Source of the DNA: Acidobacteriaceae bacterium
GTDB taxonomy: Bacteria; Acidobacteriota; Terriglobia; Terriglobales; Acidobacteriaceae
DNA length: 49,269 bases
Assembly: GCA_025449575.1 (NCBI GenBank)
Contig: JANWJB010000024.1
Span: 1-49,269 of the forward strand
Reading direction: 5' to 3'
Shown: piece by piece, positions 47,793 through 49,269 of the stretch
Layout of the letters: every line of letters starts with the position of its first letter
How positions within the stretch are numbered: position 1 is the first letter of the stretch
Position numbers and translations under genes: made by a program
The notes under the pieces: generated by a model
Seen by the model: only the letters and a program-made list of their open reading frames with translations
Databases searched by the model: none
Told to the model about the DNA's origin: nothing

Positions 47793-48863
47793 TCACGCCG
47801 CCGTCTCCGCCTTCAGCCGCTCGGCCTGGTAAAAGGCGATGAGCGCATCGATGGTCGGCTGGAGTTTGCCTTCCATCACCTCGGCGAGTTGATGGTTGGT
47901 CAGGCCTATGCGGTGGTCGGTAAGGCGGTTTTGGGGGAAGTTGTAGGTGCGTATCTTTTCGCTGCGGTCTCCGCTGCCTACCTGTTGCTTGCGCTCCTTC
48001 GCCAACGCCTGCTGTTGGCGCTCCATCTCGACTTCATACAGCCGCGCGCGGAGCACGCGCATCGCCTTCTCCCGGTTCTTGATCTGCGATTTTTCGTCCT
48101 GGCAGCTCACCACCGTATTGGTGGGTAGATGAGTAATACGCACGGCGGAGTAAGTGGTGTTCACCGATTGGCCACCGGGTCCGGAGGAGCAGAAGGTATC
48201 GATGCGGATATCTTTAGCCTCGATCTTGACGTCAACATCCTCAGCCTCGGGCAGCACCGCCACGGTGACGGCGGAGGTGTGCACGCGTCCTTGCGTTTCG
48301 GTCGCCGGCACGCGTTGCACGCGGTGTACGCCGCTCTCATACTTGAGCTGCGAGTAGACGCGTTCGCCCTCAATGATGGCGATAACTTCCTTTAGGCCGC
48401 CAACGCCGGATTCGGAGCTGGAGAGCACCTCCACCTTCCAGCGGTGCTGTTCGGCGAAGCGGGAGTACATGCGAAATATTTCCGCCGCAAAAAGAGACGC
48501 TTCGTCACCCCCGGTCCCGGCGCGAATCTCCAGCACTACGTTCTTTTCGTCGTTGGGATCGCGTGGCAGCAGCAGCAGTTTGAGCGAGGCTTCGATCTCC
48601 GCCAGTCGCTTTTCGCCCTCGGCAACCTCTTCGCGAGCCATCTCCGCCATTCCCGGATCGCCATCGTTCAGCATGCCTTTGGCTCCGTCAACCTCTTCCC
48701 GCAACCGCTTGAACTCACGGTACTTGTCGACCACCGGTTCAACGTCGCGGTGCGCTTTGGCAGCCTTCTGGTATCTTGGCTGGTCGGCGACAACTTCCGG
48801 GTCGGCAAGCTGCGCACCCAGTTCTTCATAGCGCGCTTCAATTTGTTCCAGTCGATCCAACAT
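47793..48863 (-). CDS. prfA: peptide chain release factor 1
   Basis: [14 protein letters not shown] (PxT tripeptide PAT), [11 protein letters not shown] (GGQ). Confidence 0.97.
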   Translation of the reverse strand: MLDRLEQIEARYEELGAQLADPEVVADQPRYQKAAKAHRDVEPVVDKYREFKRLREEVDGAKGMLNDGDPGMAEMAREEVAEGEKRLAEIEASLKLLLLPRDPNDEKNVVLEIRAGTGGDEASLFAAEIFRMYSRFAEQHRWKVEVLSSSESGVGGLKEVIAIIEGERVYSQLKYESGVHRVQRVPATETQGRVHTSAVTVAVLPEAEDVDVKIEAKDIRIDTFCSSGPGGQSVNTTYSAVRITHLPTNTVVSCQDEKSQIKNREKAMRVLRARLYEVEMERQQQALAKERKQQVGSGDRSEKIRTYNFPQNRLTDHRIGLTNHQLAEVMEGKLQPTIDALIAFYQAERLKAETAA

Positions 48864-49172
48864 GGTTCGTTCTCCTTCATCTGCCGGAGTGCAGAGTCTT
48901 TGGGGGGGAATGTTCAGAGAAGCAGGGCCGCGGCGGGAGCCGCTAGAGCATTTTCACGGTTGGTGCAGGGGGAAAAGAGACACTGAACGCAGGCATTCCA
49001 TCAAAGAATGCCTGCACGGAACCAATTCTGACCACACCAGAGTAACTGTGAGAAATGCTATAGAGGAGGGCGTGTTGGCGGAAACGCAGGTTGGCAAAAC
49101 CGGCCATCGTCCTATTTTACCAAAACATGGGAGATGGCTTTACGGGCCTGCTCTCCGGCCGCTTCTCCACTT

Positions 49173-49269
49173 ATGACCAGCTCCAGCCAACCATCCTCTC
49201 TGTTCTCCGTGTTCGCCGGACTCTGCCAGGAGCTTGCCGCCACAGGCAGCAAGCTGCAAAAGCGCGCGA
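49173..49269 (+). CDS. 5' end of an unidentified CDS (N-terminus reminiscent of ATP-dependent DNA ligases)
   Basis: ATG 49173 opens MTSSSQPSSLFSVFAGLCQELAATGSKLQKRA and runs off the window. Only 32 codons are visible, so the family hint is weak. Confidence 0.25.
   Translation, partial: MTSSSQPSSLFSVFAGLCQELAATGSKLQKRA

Overview
High-GC bacterial chromosomal window. The gene content points to Acidobacteriota (inference): two TIGR03436-style VWA proteins, BamA followed by two tandem Skp paralogs, and many secreted proteins and lipoproteins. Most of it is core housekeeping: lepA, frr, bamA, skp x2, lipA, PBP4-type dacB, folP, purA, mutM, mutY, tatA, prmC-prfA and nikR, plus transport and envelope genes. 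I found no rRNA, tRNA, CRISPR array, transposase gene or recognisable defence island. I cannot point to a clear multi-gene novel system; the non-routine items are single genes or elements. (1) A 701-aa radical-SAM enzyme whose motif layout matches archaeal tetraether-lipid synthase (Tes/GDGT-MAS); it stands alone and has a 615-nt non-coding region upstream. (2) A ~116-bp MITE family with 15-17 bp terminal inverted repeats and 2-bp TA/TG duplications, present in three copies. Two inverted copies bracket a small DUF4440-like lipoprotein gene and one sits in its stop codon. (3) A second, 271-bp nested-palindrome MITE-like element and a third palindromic element with 16-bp arms, both in convergent intergenic gaps. 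(4) A charge-segregated protein with an acidic N-half and a histone-H1-like Lys/Ala/Pro C-half. (5) An orphan strong terminator preceded by hairpins (candidate sRNA), followed by a ~350-nt leader to a degenerate receiver-domain protein. (6) A 499-codon minus-strand ORF with a PD-(D/E)xK-like motif that runs off the window start and is missing from the ORF track. Many long ORFs in the track are antisense shadows typical of high-GC DNA. Several listed ORFs start at far-upstream GTG/TTG codons, so I trimmed them to better-supported starts.
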